26,627 nt of DNA, from assembly GCA_964247135.1 (NCBI GenBank), contig CAXTTL010000041.1:1-26627 (forward strand). The letters run 5' to 3'. Origin of the DNA: an uncultured Deinococcales bacterium (GTDB lineage: Bacteria > Deinococcota > Deinococci > Deinococcales > JAAFIG01). Below, piece after piece: positions 7,557 through 15,780 of this stretch (positions are counted from its first letter, which is position 1; each line of letters begins with the position of its first letter). The notes beneath the pieces were generated by a model. It was not told where the DNA came from. It searched no databases and saw only the letters and a list, made by a program, of their open reading frames with translations. The translations under genes were made by a program, and so were the position numbers.

Positions 7557-8441
7557 TTACTTCTTGAGTTGCTTTTTGACTTCTCGGGCGTCACGAATGG
7601 GGTCGAAGTCTTTGTCGTCCACGGGCAGGTAGCCTTTGATGTTGAACGCGTCCAGACCTTTGGGGTCTTTGAAGTTCAAGAAGGCGTCTTTGATGGCTTT
7701 GCGCAGGCTTTCTGGCAGGTCTTTACGGACGGCGGTTGGACCGTTTGGAATCGGTTTGGAAGTCCAGATGGTCCGCACATCGCTGGCTTTGATGACGCCC
7801 TTGTCGATGGCGGTTTGCAGGCTTTGATCGTTGCTCGCACCCGCATCGACTTTGCCGCCGGCGATTGAAAGAATCGAGTTTTCATGCGAACCGGCGAAGA
7901 TCACCTTGCTGAAATAATCGTCGGGTTTGATTTTCAAATCTTTCAAAAAGTACACCAGCGGAATCAGGTAGCCCGAGGTGCTTTCTGGGTCCACGAACGA
8001 GAAGGTCTTGCCTTTGAGGTCAGCAACGGTTTTGATGGCGCTGTCGGCTTTGGTCATGATCAGGCTCTTGTACGAAGCGCCGCCCTTGATGTTGTTGGCA
8101 ATCACCAAGGCTTCAACGTTGCCATCGCTTTGTTCAACGGCATCGAGGTAGGAGTTTGCACCGTAATCGGCAAGTTCAACCTGCTTGGCTTTTTGCGCCA
8201 AAATAACGGCGGTGTAATCCGCACCGTTTTGAAATTTAACCTTCAAGCCCAAGCTCTTCTCGAGGTGCGCGATCAACGGGGCGTAACGCTGCGTGGCATC
8301 CTTGCTGGCTTCGCTGGGGACGGCGGCGTAACGCAATTCCTCGGGCCAGCCCGTGCGGTCTTGCGCGGCAACGTTCTGAAGTCCCAAACCGAGGGCTGCG
8401 ATAGCCAATGCGCCAATACCAAGTGCTGTCAATTTCTTCAT
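7557..8441 (-). CDS. phnD: Phosphonate ABC transporter substrate-binding protein PhnD
   Basis: Signal peptide [57 protein letters not shown] lies 5 nt before ATG 8441; ATGA overlap with phnC. Confidence 0.93.
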   Translation of the reverse strand: MKKLTALGIGALAIAALGLGLQNVAAQDRTGWPEELRYAAVPSEASKDATQRYAPLIAHLEKSLGLKVKFQNGADYTAVILAQKAKQVELADYGANSYLDAVEQSDGNVEALVIANNIKGGASYKSLIMTKADSAIKTVADLKGKTFSFVDPESTSGYLIPLVYFLKDLKIKPDDYFSKVIFAGSHENSILSIAGGKVDAGASNDQSLQTAIDKGVIKASDVRTIWTSKPIPNGPTAVRKDLPESLRKAIKDAFLNFKDPKGLDAFNIKGYLPVDDKDFDPIRDAREVKKQLKK

Positions 8442-9340
8442 TTCCACTCCTTTTTGCTTCTCGAGTTCGAGAGTCCTGCCGGGTCGTGCGTATAAGAATT
8501 GATGGTGAATTGATTGGTGATTGCGGCGCTCGAGACTGGGGTTGAGATTGGCATGGAAACCACTGGACGCTCGAGATTTAAGTTTTCGATTTCGCTGGGT
8601 TCGTTTTCGCCGTAATAAAGTGCCCGAGCCGCCTCATCGTCGAGTTGATCGGCGCGACCATCGAAGACCACCTGCCCGGCGCGTAAGCCAACAACGCGCT
8701 CGGCGTAATCGCGCACGGCATCGAGGTGATGGAGGTTGACCAAGACCGCAATTTGGTCTTGTTGTTGAATATCGCGCAGCAAATTCATGACCTGTTCGCT
8801 GGATTTTGGATCGAGTGCCGAAATCGGTTCGTCCGCCAAAATCAGTTTGGGTTGTTGCGCCAACGCCCGAGCAATGCCCACACGCTGCTGTTGCCCGCCC
8901 GAGAGCGTGTCCGCCCGCTGCCAAGCCTGTTCTGCCATGCCAACCCGCTCGAGCAGCCGCATGGCAAGTTCGCGGTCCGTTCTTGAGTAGGCTTTAAAAC
9001 TCGAACGCAGGGTTCCCATGAAACCCAAACGCCCGATCAGCACATTCTCGAATGCCGTCAAACGCCTGACCAGATTGAATTGCTGAAAGACCATGCCGAT
9101 CTTGCGACGCTCGAGCCGAACGACCGAATCGCTCGCCTTGGTGATCTCTGTGTTCTCGAGCCAGACCCGTCCGCTGCTGGGTCGCACCAAGCCATTCAAA
9201 ACCCGCATCAAGGTGCTTTTGCCCGCGCCGCTCGGTCCGATCAGCGCCGTGAAATGCTGCCCACCAAACTCGAGGTTGAGGTTTTGAAGCGCCAAAGTGC
9301 CGTTCGCATACTGGTGACTGACCTGTTCGAGACGAATCAA
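8438..9340 (-). CDS. phnC: Phosphonate ABC transporter ATP-binding protein PhnC
   Basis: [52 protein letters not shown] start and a long C-terminal tail. Confidence 0.94.
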   Translation of the reverse strand: MIRLEQVSHQYANGTLALQNLNLEFGGQHFTALIGPSGAGKSTLMRVLNGLVRPSSGRVWLENTEITKASDSVVRLERRKIGMVFQQFNLVRRLTAFENVLIGRLGFMGTLRSSFKAYSRTDRELAMRLLERVGMAEQAWQRADTLSGGQQQRVGIARALAQQPKLILADEPISALDPKSSEQVMNLLRDIQQQDQIAVLVNLHHLDAVRDYAERVVGLRAGQVVFDGRADQLDDEAARALYYGENEPSEIENLNLERPVVSMPISTPVSSAAITNQFTINSYTHDPAGLSNSRSKKEWK

Positions 9341-9373
9341 AACGCACCCCCGACCAAAGTGTTGGTCGATTTA

Positions 9374-9394
9374 AAATTAAGCGCCAATTGTCAT
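9374..9394 (-). promoter_or_regulatory. Putative phn operon promoter: TGACA box, 9 nt, then -10 TAATTT
   Basis: Minus strand ATGACAATTG-gcgct-TAATTT. The same 10-mer and spacing occur upstream of the ugpA-like gene. Confidence 0.55.
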
Positions 9395-9463
9395 GGCAAA
9401 GTATGCCAGCAAGGTGTTTGCCCAGACGTTCATGTTCTTCAATCTCGAGCCTCTCAAAACATC

Positions 9464-9492
9464 AAAAAGCCAGCGCATATCGCGCTGGCTTT
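9464..9492 (-). terminator. Rho-independent terminator of the ugp-like operon
   Basis: Minus strand AAAGCCAGCGC-gatat-GCGCTGGCTTTTT, starting about 14 nt after the ugpB-like stop. Confidence 0.85.
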
Positions 9493-9505
9493 CGGTACGG
9501 GTTGG

Positions 9506-10810
9506 TTACTTTTTGATGGCGCTGTTGTAACGGTCCAGCGCCGCGTCCGCTTTGGCTTTGGCATCTTTCAGCGCCTCGGCGGCGGGCTTACCCTTGATGG
9601 CTTCCTCGATGGCACCAGCCACGTACTGACGAATCTCTGGGAACGCGCCAGCCAAGCATCCCGCCGAGTAATTGTTGACTTTGGTCGTCTCGAGCTGACG
9701 CAGTGCCGTCTCGAAGTTTGGTTGCTTGACGTGCGCCTGAACCACGTTTGGCAATTGTGCAACGCCCTTGATGACCGGAAAATAACCCGTGCCGAGGTGC
9801 CATTTGGCTTGGGATTGCGGCTTCAAGAGGAAGCTGATAAAGCCCCAGGTGGATTTGAGTTCATCTGCGCTCTGACCTTTCATGGCGTACAAACTCGCGC
9901 CGCCAATCGCCACGCCGTTGCGCTCTTTCAGGTATGGGAAAAACGCAGTGCGCGTCTCGAATTTGCCGCCGACAAGTTTCAACAAACCAGTCAGCGAGGC
10001 GGTCGATTGCGCGACAATCGCGGCTTTTTCCTGAGCAAACGCGGCTTGGGCATTGTCGCCGCTGCGTCCAATGTTTGCCATCACGCCGTCTTTGACCAAT
10101 CGCGCCCACCAGTCCACAAAGGCGACATCGGCGGGGTTGGTGAAATTCATCTCCGAGGCTCGGGCTTTGCGTCCGTTTTCGTTGTTGCAAAAATACTCGC
10201 CGGAGTTGTACGAGAATTGCTCGACAAACCAGGAGTCAATCGGAATGGCGATGCCGTAACGCAAGGTTGCGCCGCTGGCATCTTTGATGGTGAGTTTCCG
10301 TGCGGCTGCCTCGAGGTCGGAGAGTCGCCAAGAGTTGCGGTACGGAATGCCCGCCTTCGCCAGCATCGCCGTGTTCATGTACAACAGCGGGTTGGAGGAA
10401 TTGAACGGCATGGCGTTCAGTTTGCCGTCCACCGTGTAGTAATTGCGCGGTTGCGGCACAAATTGCTCGAGGTCGAAGTTGTTGGCTTTGGCGATGTTCT
10501 CGAGCGGCTCAATCGCGCCGCTGTCGACCATCGTGCGCGAACCGATGTCGTAGACCTGAATCAGATTGGGGACTTTGCCCGCACGAATGCCCGCAAGCAG
10601 TTTGTTGATGCCGTCGTCGTAGCTGCCGACGTAGGTGCTTTTGACGGTCGTGGCGGTTTGCGAGTCGTTGAACTCTTTGACCAGCCCCTCGACCCGTTCG
10701 CCGAGCACGCCGCCCATCGAATGCCAGAATTGAATTTCGGTTTTGGCGTTTTGTTGCGCCAACGCCATTGACAATGCCACCGCTGCGCCCACAATCACAA
10801 TTTTCTTCAT
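9506..10810 (-). CDS. CUT1-family ABC substrate-binding protein, UgpB-like (glycerol-3-phosphate/glycerophosphodiester)
   Basis: AGGAGG RBS and signal peptide MKKIVIVGAAVALSMALA; IQFWHSMGG, QVYDIG, MPFNSSNPLLYMN, IGGASLY, WHLGTGYFP. Confidence 0.85.
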   Translation of the reverse strand: MKKIVIVGAAVALSMALAQQNAKTEIQFWHSMGGVLGERVEGLVKEFNDSQTATTVKSTYVGSYDDGINKLLAGIRAGKVPNLIQVYDIGSRTMVDSGAIEPLENIAKANNFDLEQFVPQPRNYYTVDGKLNAMPFNSSNPLLYMNTAMLAKAGIPYRNSWRLSDLEAAARKLTIKDASGATLRYGIAIPIDSWFVEQFSYNSGEYFCNNENGRKARASEMNFTNPADVAFVDWWARLVKDGVMANIGRSGDNAQAAFAQEKAAIVAQSTASLTGLLKLVGGKFETRTAFFPYLKERNGVAIGGASLYAMKGQSADELKSTWGFISFLLKPQSQAKWHLGTGYFPVIKGVAQLPNVVQAHVKQPNFETALRQLETTKVNNYSAGCLAGAFPEIRQYVAGAIEEAIKGKPAAEALKDAKAKADAALDRYNSAIKK

Positions 10811-10903
10811 ACATCCTCCTCTGTCTCGGGTGGTACAGCTCAAGCCGTACCGCCCGATGCGTTCACACCCCAGAATCTCGAGGTCGAAAAGCCATTGTTT
10901 GGT

Positions 10904-11764
10904 TTAACCCTTCAAGCCGCCGAGCGCGATGCCGTTGACGAACGCCTTTTGAGCCAACAAGAATGCAAGCAAGGTCGGCAGCAGCACCAAGATCGCTCCA
11001 GCCGCCACGACGTTCCACTGCGAACCCTCGGCGGACACCAGGTTGCTGACCGCAATTTGGGCGGTCTGCATCTCTTTGGATTGGGTGGTCACCAGTGGCC
11101 AGAGGTACATGTTCCAGGCGCCCAGAAAAGTCAGCGCCGCCAGTGCGCCGAGCGCGGAGCTGGCGAGCGGAATCGCCACGTGCCAGAGAATCCGAAAATG
11201 TCCCGCACCGTCAATTTTGGCGGCGTCAAACAAATCTTGCGGCAGGCTTTTTAAAAATTGGCGCATCAAAAAAATCCCCAGCGGGCTGGCGATAAACGGC
11301 ACGATCAAGGCGGTGTAGGTATCCAGCCAACCCAGCGAATTGACGTGCAAGTACAGCGGCAAAAAAGTGATCTCGCCAGGCACCAGCAAAAGACCGACAA
11401 TCGCGCCAAAAATGAGTTCGCGGTGTGGCAATTGCACCCTCGCCAGCGCGTAACCCGCCGTGCTCGAGGTGATGACCACACCGAGCGTAATCAAGCTCGA
11501 GGTCAGAAAACTGTTCAACAAATAATGCCCGAGCGGGTAACTGGTCAGTGCCAAACGGTAAGGCTCGAGGGTGAAATGTGGCGGGAAAAAAGTGGGCGCG
11601 TACAAATCGGCGTCGGAGCGCAAGCTGGCGGAGAATAATGTCAGCAGGGGCAAAACGATCACGAAGGCGTAAGCGCTGACCATCAGGTAAAACGGAAGAC
11701 GTTTCAACAAGCTCGAGAAATTGATTGGTTTGATGCTTGGATTTGGCTCGAGGTTCTGGATCAT
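10904..11764 (-). CDS. CUT1-family ABC permease, UgpE-like
   Basis: LLNSFL, AGYALAR, GIFLMRQF, EAA-type loop DAAKIDGAG, FLGAWNMYLWPL. Confidence 0.9.
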   Translation of the reverse strand: MIQNLEPNPSIKPINFSSLLKRLPFYLMVSAYAFVIVLPLLTLFSASLRSDADLYAPTFFPPHFTLEPYRLALTSYPLGHYLLNSFLTSSLITLGVVITSSTAGYALARVQLPHRELIFGAIVGLLLVPGEITFLPLYLHVNSLGWLDTYTALIVPFIASPLGIFLMRQFLKSLPQDLFDAAKIDGAGHFRILWHVAIPLASSALGALAALTFLGAWNMYLWPLVTTQSKEMQTAQIAVSNLVSAEGSQWNVVAAGAILVLLPTLLAFLLAQKAFVNGIALGGLKG

Positions 11765-12696
11765 TCGTAATGCACCTTCCGTCCAAAAAATCGAAATTGC
11801 AGTGCGGCAAGCAGCAGCAACGCCAAGAACAAGGTCAGCCCTTCGGCAGCGGCATAGGTAAAACGAAAGTTAAAAAAGGCGTCTTGGTACACGCGGTAAA
11901 CCCAGACGAAGGTGCTCTCGGCGGGACCGCCTTTGGTGAGCAAATGAATTTGTCCAAACGCGGTCAAGCTGCGAAACAAGGTCAGCAAACCGACCAAAAA
12001 CAGTGTGGGCGAAAGCAGCGGCAGGGTGATCTTCCAAAACTGTACCCAACCCGTCGCGCCGTCGAGCCGTGCCGCCTCGTACAAGTCTTCGGGGATGCCT
12101 TGAAGCCCTGCCGTCAGCAAAATGGCGACGAAACCCACCCCAGCCCAGGCGGTGATCACCCCGAGCGTCCAAATGGCGTAACTGGGGTCGGTTAACCACG
12201 GTTGCACGGGCAAACCCAGCGCACGAACAATCCAATTTGCCCAACCCGACAGTGGATTTAAAAACCAACCCCAAGCCACCGCCGCCACCGAGGTCGGTAC
12301 AGCCGTGGTCAGGAAAAAAAGTGTCCGGTAAAAGTTTGAACCCACAAAAGGTCGCCAGACCAGCAGCGCCGCAATCAAACCCAGCAGCAGCTCAAGAGGC
12401 GCGACCAGCAAGGTAAATTTGAGTGTGGTGAAAACGCTGGCGAGAAATTCTGGGCGTGATGCCAGCTCGAGGTAATTGGCAAAGCCAGCCCATTCTCTGG
12501 ACTTGCCAAACGGGTCTTCGCGCTGAAAAGACAGCACTGCCCCCGAAATGGTCGGATAGACAATAAAGCTCAAAAGCAGGATCACGGCGGGCGAAAGCAG
12601 CAACAAACCCTCGAGCCATTCGCTTTTTGCAGGCTTCACCCTCGAGCTTCGCGGGGCAAGCGAAGCCGAATTTTGGGTTGAAGCGCTTTGGTTCAT
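11761..12696 (-). CDS. CUT1-family ABC permease, UgpA-like
   Basis: LLLSPAVILL, GFANY, AGLQGIPEDLYEAARLDGA, ITLPLLSPTLF, TKGGPAEST, VYRVYQDAF. Confidence 0.9.
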   Translation of the reverse strand: MNQSASTQNSASLAPRSSRVKPAKSEWLEGLLLLSPAVILLLSFIVYPTISGAVLSFQREDPFGKSREWAGFANYLELASRPEFLASVFTTLKFTLLVAPLELLLGLIAALLVWRPFVGSNFYRTLFFLTTAVPTSVAAVAWGWFLNPLSGWANWIVRALGLPVQPWLTDPSYAIWTLGVITAWAGVGFVAILLTAGLQGIPEDLYEAARLDGATGWVQFWKITLPLLSPTLFLVGLLTLFRSLTAFGQIHLLTKGGPAESTFVWVYRVYQDAFFNFRFTYAAAEGLTLFLALLLLAALQFRFFGRKVHYE

Positions 12697-12702
12697 GACA
12701 GG

Positions 12703-12733
12703 ACGCTAGCAAGCAATTGTCATTTGATTGTCT
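12703..12733 (-). promoter_or_regulatory. Putative leaderless promoter of the ugp-like operon with an 11-bp-periodic (A/T)GACA direct repeat (Pho-box-like)
   Basis: Minus strand AGACA-atcaaa-TGACA-attgcttgc-TAGCGT-cctgtc-ATG; no Shine-Dalgarno sequence. Confidence 0.6.
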
Positions 12734-12834
12734 GTTGGTTTGGATGAAAAAATGAAGCGCAAAGGCTTTTGCCTTTAAAGATTTAAGCCAGGGCTGATTT
12801 TGACCTGATAAAGACCCTCTAGGCTGCCGAAATC

Positions 12835-13587
12835 ATGAGATTAATTCAAGATCAACACTCCACGCGTCAAATGGTGCTCGAGGGTGCGTTTAACGTTCGA
12901 GAACTGGGCGGCTTGACGACTGGTGCTGGGCTGCAAACCCGCACCCATCAATTCTTGCGTGCCGATAGCCTTCACGCGCTCAGTCCAGCCTCGCGGTCAA
13001 GGCTGCTCGAGTACGGCTTGAAAACCGTGATCGATTTGCGCACCAGCCAGGAGGTAAGCCAAGACCCCATTCCGTTTGCCGATCACGAAAATGTTCGGTA
13101 CGTCAATATTTCGTTGTTTGAAACAATTTTGCAAAACCCAAACGCCGACACGATGTCCTCCCTCGAGAGCCTCTATATTGCCGCGCTCGACCACTGCCAA
13201 ACCGCGATTCGAGAGGTACTCGAGACGCTGGCGACCAGCCAATCGGTGACGTTGTTTCATTGCACGGCGGGCAAAGACCGCACAGGGATTATTGCCGCAC
13301 TCCTTTTGGCAAATGCGGGGGTTTCTGAGGCGGCAATCACCCACGACTACGCCTTGACCGAACAACTTGCCAAACCGATGCTCGAGCGACTGCTGGGTGA
13401 AGCCGTCAAAAAGGGGATAGACAAAGATTTTTATGCCAAACTCTTGACTTCAAACGCCCAGACCATCCAAGCCGCGCTCTGGTATCTCGAGTCTCGGTTC
13501 GGCAGCATTGAGGGCTATCTTCAAGAAGGTCTGGGAATCGAACGAGGGGTTTTAGATACCTTGAGGTTAAAAATGCTCGAGGATTAA
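12835..13587 (+). CDS. Tyrosine/serine phosphatase-family protein (PtpB/IphP-like)
   Basis: GAFNVRELGG, LRADSL, VIDLRT, P-loop HCTAGKDRTG, DYALT, FGSIEGYL. Confidence 0.92.
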   Translation: MRLIQDQHSTRQMVLEGAFNVRELGGLTTGAGLQTRTHQFLRADSLHALSPASRSRLLEYGLKTVIDLRTSQEVSQDPIPFADHENVRYVNISLFETILQNPNADTMSSLESLYIAALDHCQTAIREVLETLATSQSVTLFHCTAGKDRTGIIAALLLANAGVSEAAITHDYALTEQLAKPMLERLLGEAVKKGIDKDFYAKLLTSNAQTIQAALWYLESRFGSIEGYLQEGLGIERGVLDTLRLKMLED

Positions 13588-13616
13588 CCCGAGCACTTAA
13601 AATCGATCAACATTCT

Positions 13617-13859
13617 TTAACTGAGGTAACTCTGGCGCAACCTGACCCGCAGTTGCATCAGCTTTTCTTGAACTGGCAGCAAACGCAAGTTTTCAATTTC
13701 GGTCTGAAAATCTTGCTGCTGAGCTGCGGTGACGCTGCGATCTCGAACCAAGTCGCGCAAAATCGCCTCGCACTCGAGCAAAACATCCAGGCGGTACGCC
13801 CGTTCGTGTCTGGCTCGAACTCGTTCCAAGCGGGGTTCTATCAGCTCGTAAGTGAACAT
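13617..13859 (-). CDS. Small hypothetical helical protein (80 aa)
   Basis: Occupies otherwise empty space, converging on the phosphatase gene. TAAGGT lies 6 nt before the ATG (leaderless layout). No recognised domain. Confidence 0.6.
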   Translation of the reverse strand: MFTYELIEPRLERVRARHERAYRLDVLLECEAILRDLVRDRSVTAAQQQDFQTEIENLRLLPVQEKLMQLRVRLRQSYLS

Positions 13860-14069
13860 GGCTTAACCTTACACTTTACAAAAATCCAAACATTGCAAGC
13901 TGGGTCGCAATCACCCGAGATGCGATTTTGGTGTGGTCAATCTCGAGAGAACAGGCTTGAGCATTACGGTCTATCTTGAATAAACCTGCACTCGGTTTAA
14001 ACACGTCAATTCGCCATACGATTTGTCATGGACACGATTTTGGCAGGCGTTATCTTGCATGGTATTTTG

Positions 14070-14804
14070 TTAGAGACCAAGTACTGTGGCGTGATTCTTG
14101 GATGGAATTACCCCGAGTTCATGTTTTGCAGACAAGCGTTTCAGGTACTCCACCCGCTTTGGCTCGAACGGGTCGCGTGAAGTGTTTGAACCTCGCCAAC
14201 TCATCAGCACGGTGGGTTCTGGCAGTTGAAACAATGGGTATTTGTCCGTCGCCCGCAGCCACCAATCCCAATCCCAGTAATTGCCCATCTGCGGGTCGAA
14301 CATGCCCAATTCTTGATGAAGCGCTTTGTGATACGCCACACCAGAAGTTAACAGCGTATTGTCGCGCCTTAAGGATTCAACCGTCGTCACAGGATCAAAC
14401 ACCCGTCGTTCAAGCTCAACCCAACCAGCCTCGAGTTGCTCTTCGAGCAGCAGCCAGCCATTTCGGTACACCAAAGCTTTTTGCTGGCTCAATACCGCAA
14501 TCACTTTCTCGAGGTGTGCGCTGTCCAGCCAGCGGTCATCGTCGTCGAGCAGGTGAATCAGATCGGCACCCGCCAAGTCCAGTCCATGATTTCGGGCGTC
14601 CACCTGCCCAGAACCCGCGTTCTCAACCGCCAGCACTCGAGCATCGTTGAGGCTTTGCGCCGCCTCGATGCCCGTGCCGTCGCCGTCGTCCACCACCACC
14701 ATCTGCCAGTTTTGCAGGCTTTGCCCTTGGACATTTTTGATTGTGCGCAGCAGCAAATCGGCGCGGTTGCGGGTTGGGGTGATGAGGCTGATCTGGGGGC
14801 GCAT
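14070..14804 (-). CDS. Glycosyltransferase family 2 (GT-A)
   Basis: ISLITPTRNR, VVVDDG, ARNHGL, LLDDDDRW (DxD), GMFD, WDWDWWLR. Confidence 0.88.
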   Translation of the reverse strand: MRPQISLITPTRNRADLLLRTIKNVQGQSLQNWQMVVVDDGDGTGIEAAQSLNDARVLAVENAGSGQVDARNHGLDLAGADLIHLLDDDDRWLDSAHLEKVIAVLSQQKALVYRNGWLLLEEQLEAGWVELERRVFDPVTTVESLRRDNTLLTSGVAYHKALHQELGMFDPQMGNYWDWDWWLRATDKYPLFQLPEPTVLMSWRGSNTSRDPFEPKRVEYLKRLSAKHELGVIPSKNHATVLGL

Positions 14805-14810
14805 AACCGT

Positions 14811-14841
14811 AGCTTCAAGATATTCTGTCAGCTTCTTGTCA
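14811..14841 (-). promoter_or_regulatory. TGACA-N6-TGACA direct repeat and weak -10 upstream of the GT2 gene (Pho-box-like)
   Basis: Minus strand TGACA-agaagc-TGACA-gaatatctt-GAAGCT-acggtt-ATG; same 9-nt and 6-nt spacings as the ugp promoter. Confidence 0.55.
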
Positions 14842-14871
14842 GCCGCAAAAACCCGTTAAACTCGAGAGACG

Positions 14872-15756
14872 ATGTTAAGCATCATCAGCGTCAAATTTGG
14901 CTCGAGCCTCTGGCTTTTACAAAACCTCGAGTTGATTCGCCGCCTCAACCCAGATTCGCAATATGATTTTTTTGTGGTCAACAACGATTCAGACCCAAAC
15001 TTTAAGCCATCGCCCGAGATCAAGGTTTTGCCCGCCGCCCCTCGGGTTTTAAAAGCCGACAAGGGCAGTTATCATCATGCTGCGGCGCTGAACAGCGCAC
15101 TGCCTTTGGTCAAAACGCGGTTTTTACTGATCCTCGACCCAGATTTTTATGTGATTGTCCCAAACTGGATTGAAGCTGTGATTGACAACATGACAGCCCA
15201 AGGTTTGGCGTGTTTTGGTTCAACCTGGCATCCGCGTTGGACCTACCAATACCGCTATTTTCCCAGCGTTCACTTTATGCTCTTTGACCTCGAGAAAATC
15301 CCGCTCGAGACGCTGGATTTCACCCCTGACATCGGGGTCGGCTGGTGGGACAGAACGCTTTCGCAAAGCCAGATTCCAGCCTCACTCAAAACCATATTGC
15401 AAATTGGCACATTCCGCGACACGGGTTCTCGGGTGCAACGCCGTTACCGAGAAACCAAAACCGAGTGTTTGCAGGTGCACTTTGATGCCCAAACCGCACG
15501 CTCGGGCTTTGATGGGTTGCAAAAACTTTCGTTGGGTTTACCAGACCGACTGAGCATGATTCCAAAACGGAAAAACCATTTCACCAGCCAAAGTTTTTTG
15601 CGCGGCAGCTCACCTTACGCGTACCAGCAACAGTGGGAAGAATTCTTTTGGCAGGGCAAACCGTTCGCCTTTCATTTGCGACTGGTTGGACGCGACTCGG
15701 CACTCGAGGATCAAAGCGAATTGGACAGGATTCTCAGACGCCTTGCAAATCCATGA
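14872..15756 (+). CDS. Divergent GT-A-fold glycosyltransferase-like protein
   Basis: MLSIISV start, FFVVNND, HAAALNSAL, LLILDPDF (DxD), RDTG motif; directly upstream of the UDP-glucose dehydrogenase gene. Confidence 0.65.
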   Translation: MLSIISVKFGSSLWLLQNLELIRRLNPDSQYDFFVVNNDSDPNFKPSPEIKVLPAAPRVLKADKGSYHHAAALNSALPLVKTRFLLILDPDFYVIVPNWIEAVIDNMTAQGLACFGSTWHPRWTYQYRYFPSVHFMLFDLEKIPLETLDFTPDIGVGWWDRTLSQSQIPASLKTILQIGTFRDTGSRVQRRYRETKTECLQVHFDAQTARSGFDGLQKLSLGLPDRLSMIPKRKNHFTSQSFLRGSSPYAYQQQWEEFFWQGKPFAFHLRLVGRDSALEDQSELDRILRRLANP

Positions 15757-15780
15757 CATAAAAGCGGTTGACTCGAGGGC

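Noticed and set aside
9080-10771. 563-aa plus-strand ORF
   Set aside because: Antisense shadow of the ugpB-like and phnC genes; it crosses a terminator and has no recognisable motifs.
12801-12825. TGACC-N6-AGACC repeat before the phosphatase gene
   Set aside because: It has the 11-bp period, but the core is mismatched and the spacing to TAGGCT differs from the three accepted sites; too weak to call.
14009-14030. Extra TGTCAT half-site in the 13860-14069 spacer
   Set aside because: No 11-bp partner and no -10-like hexamer at the 9-nt spacing.
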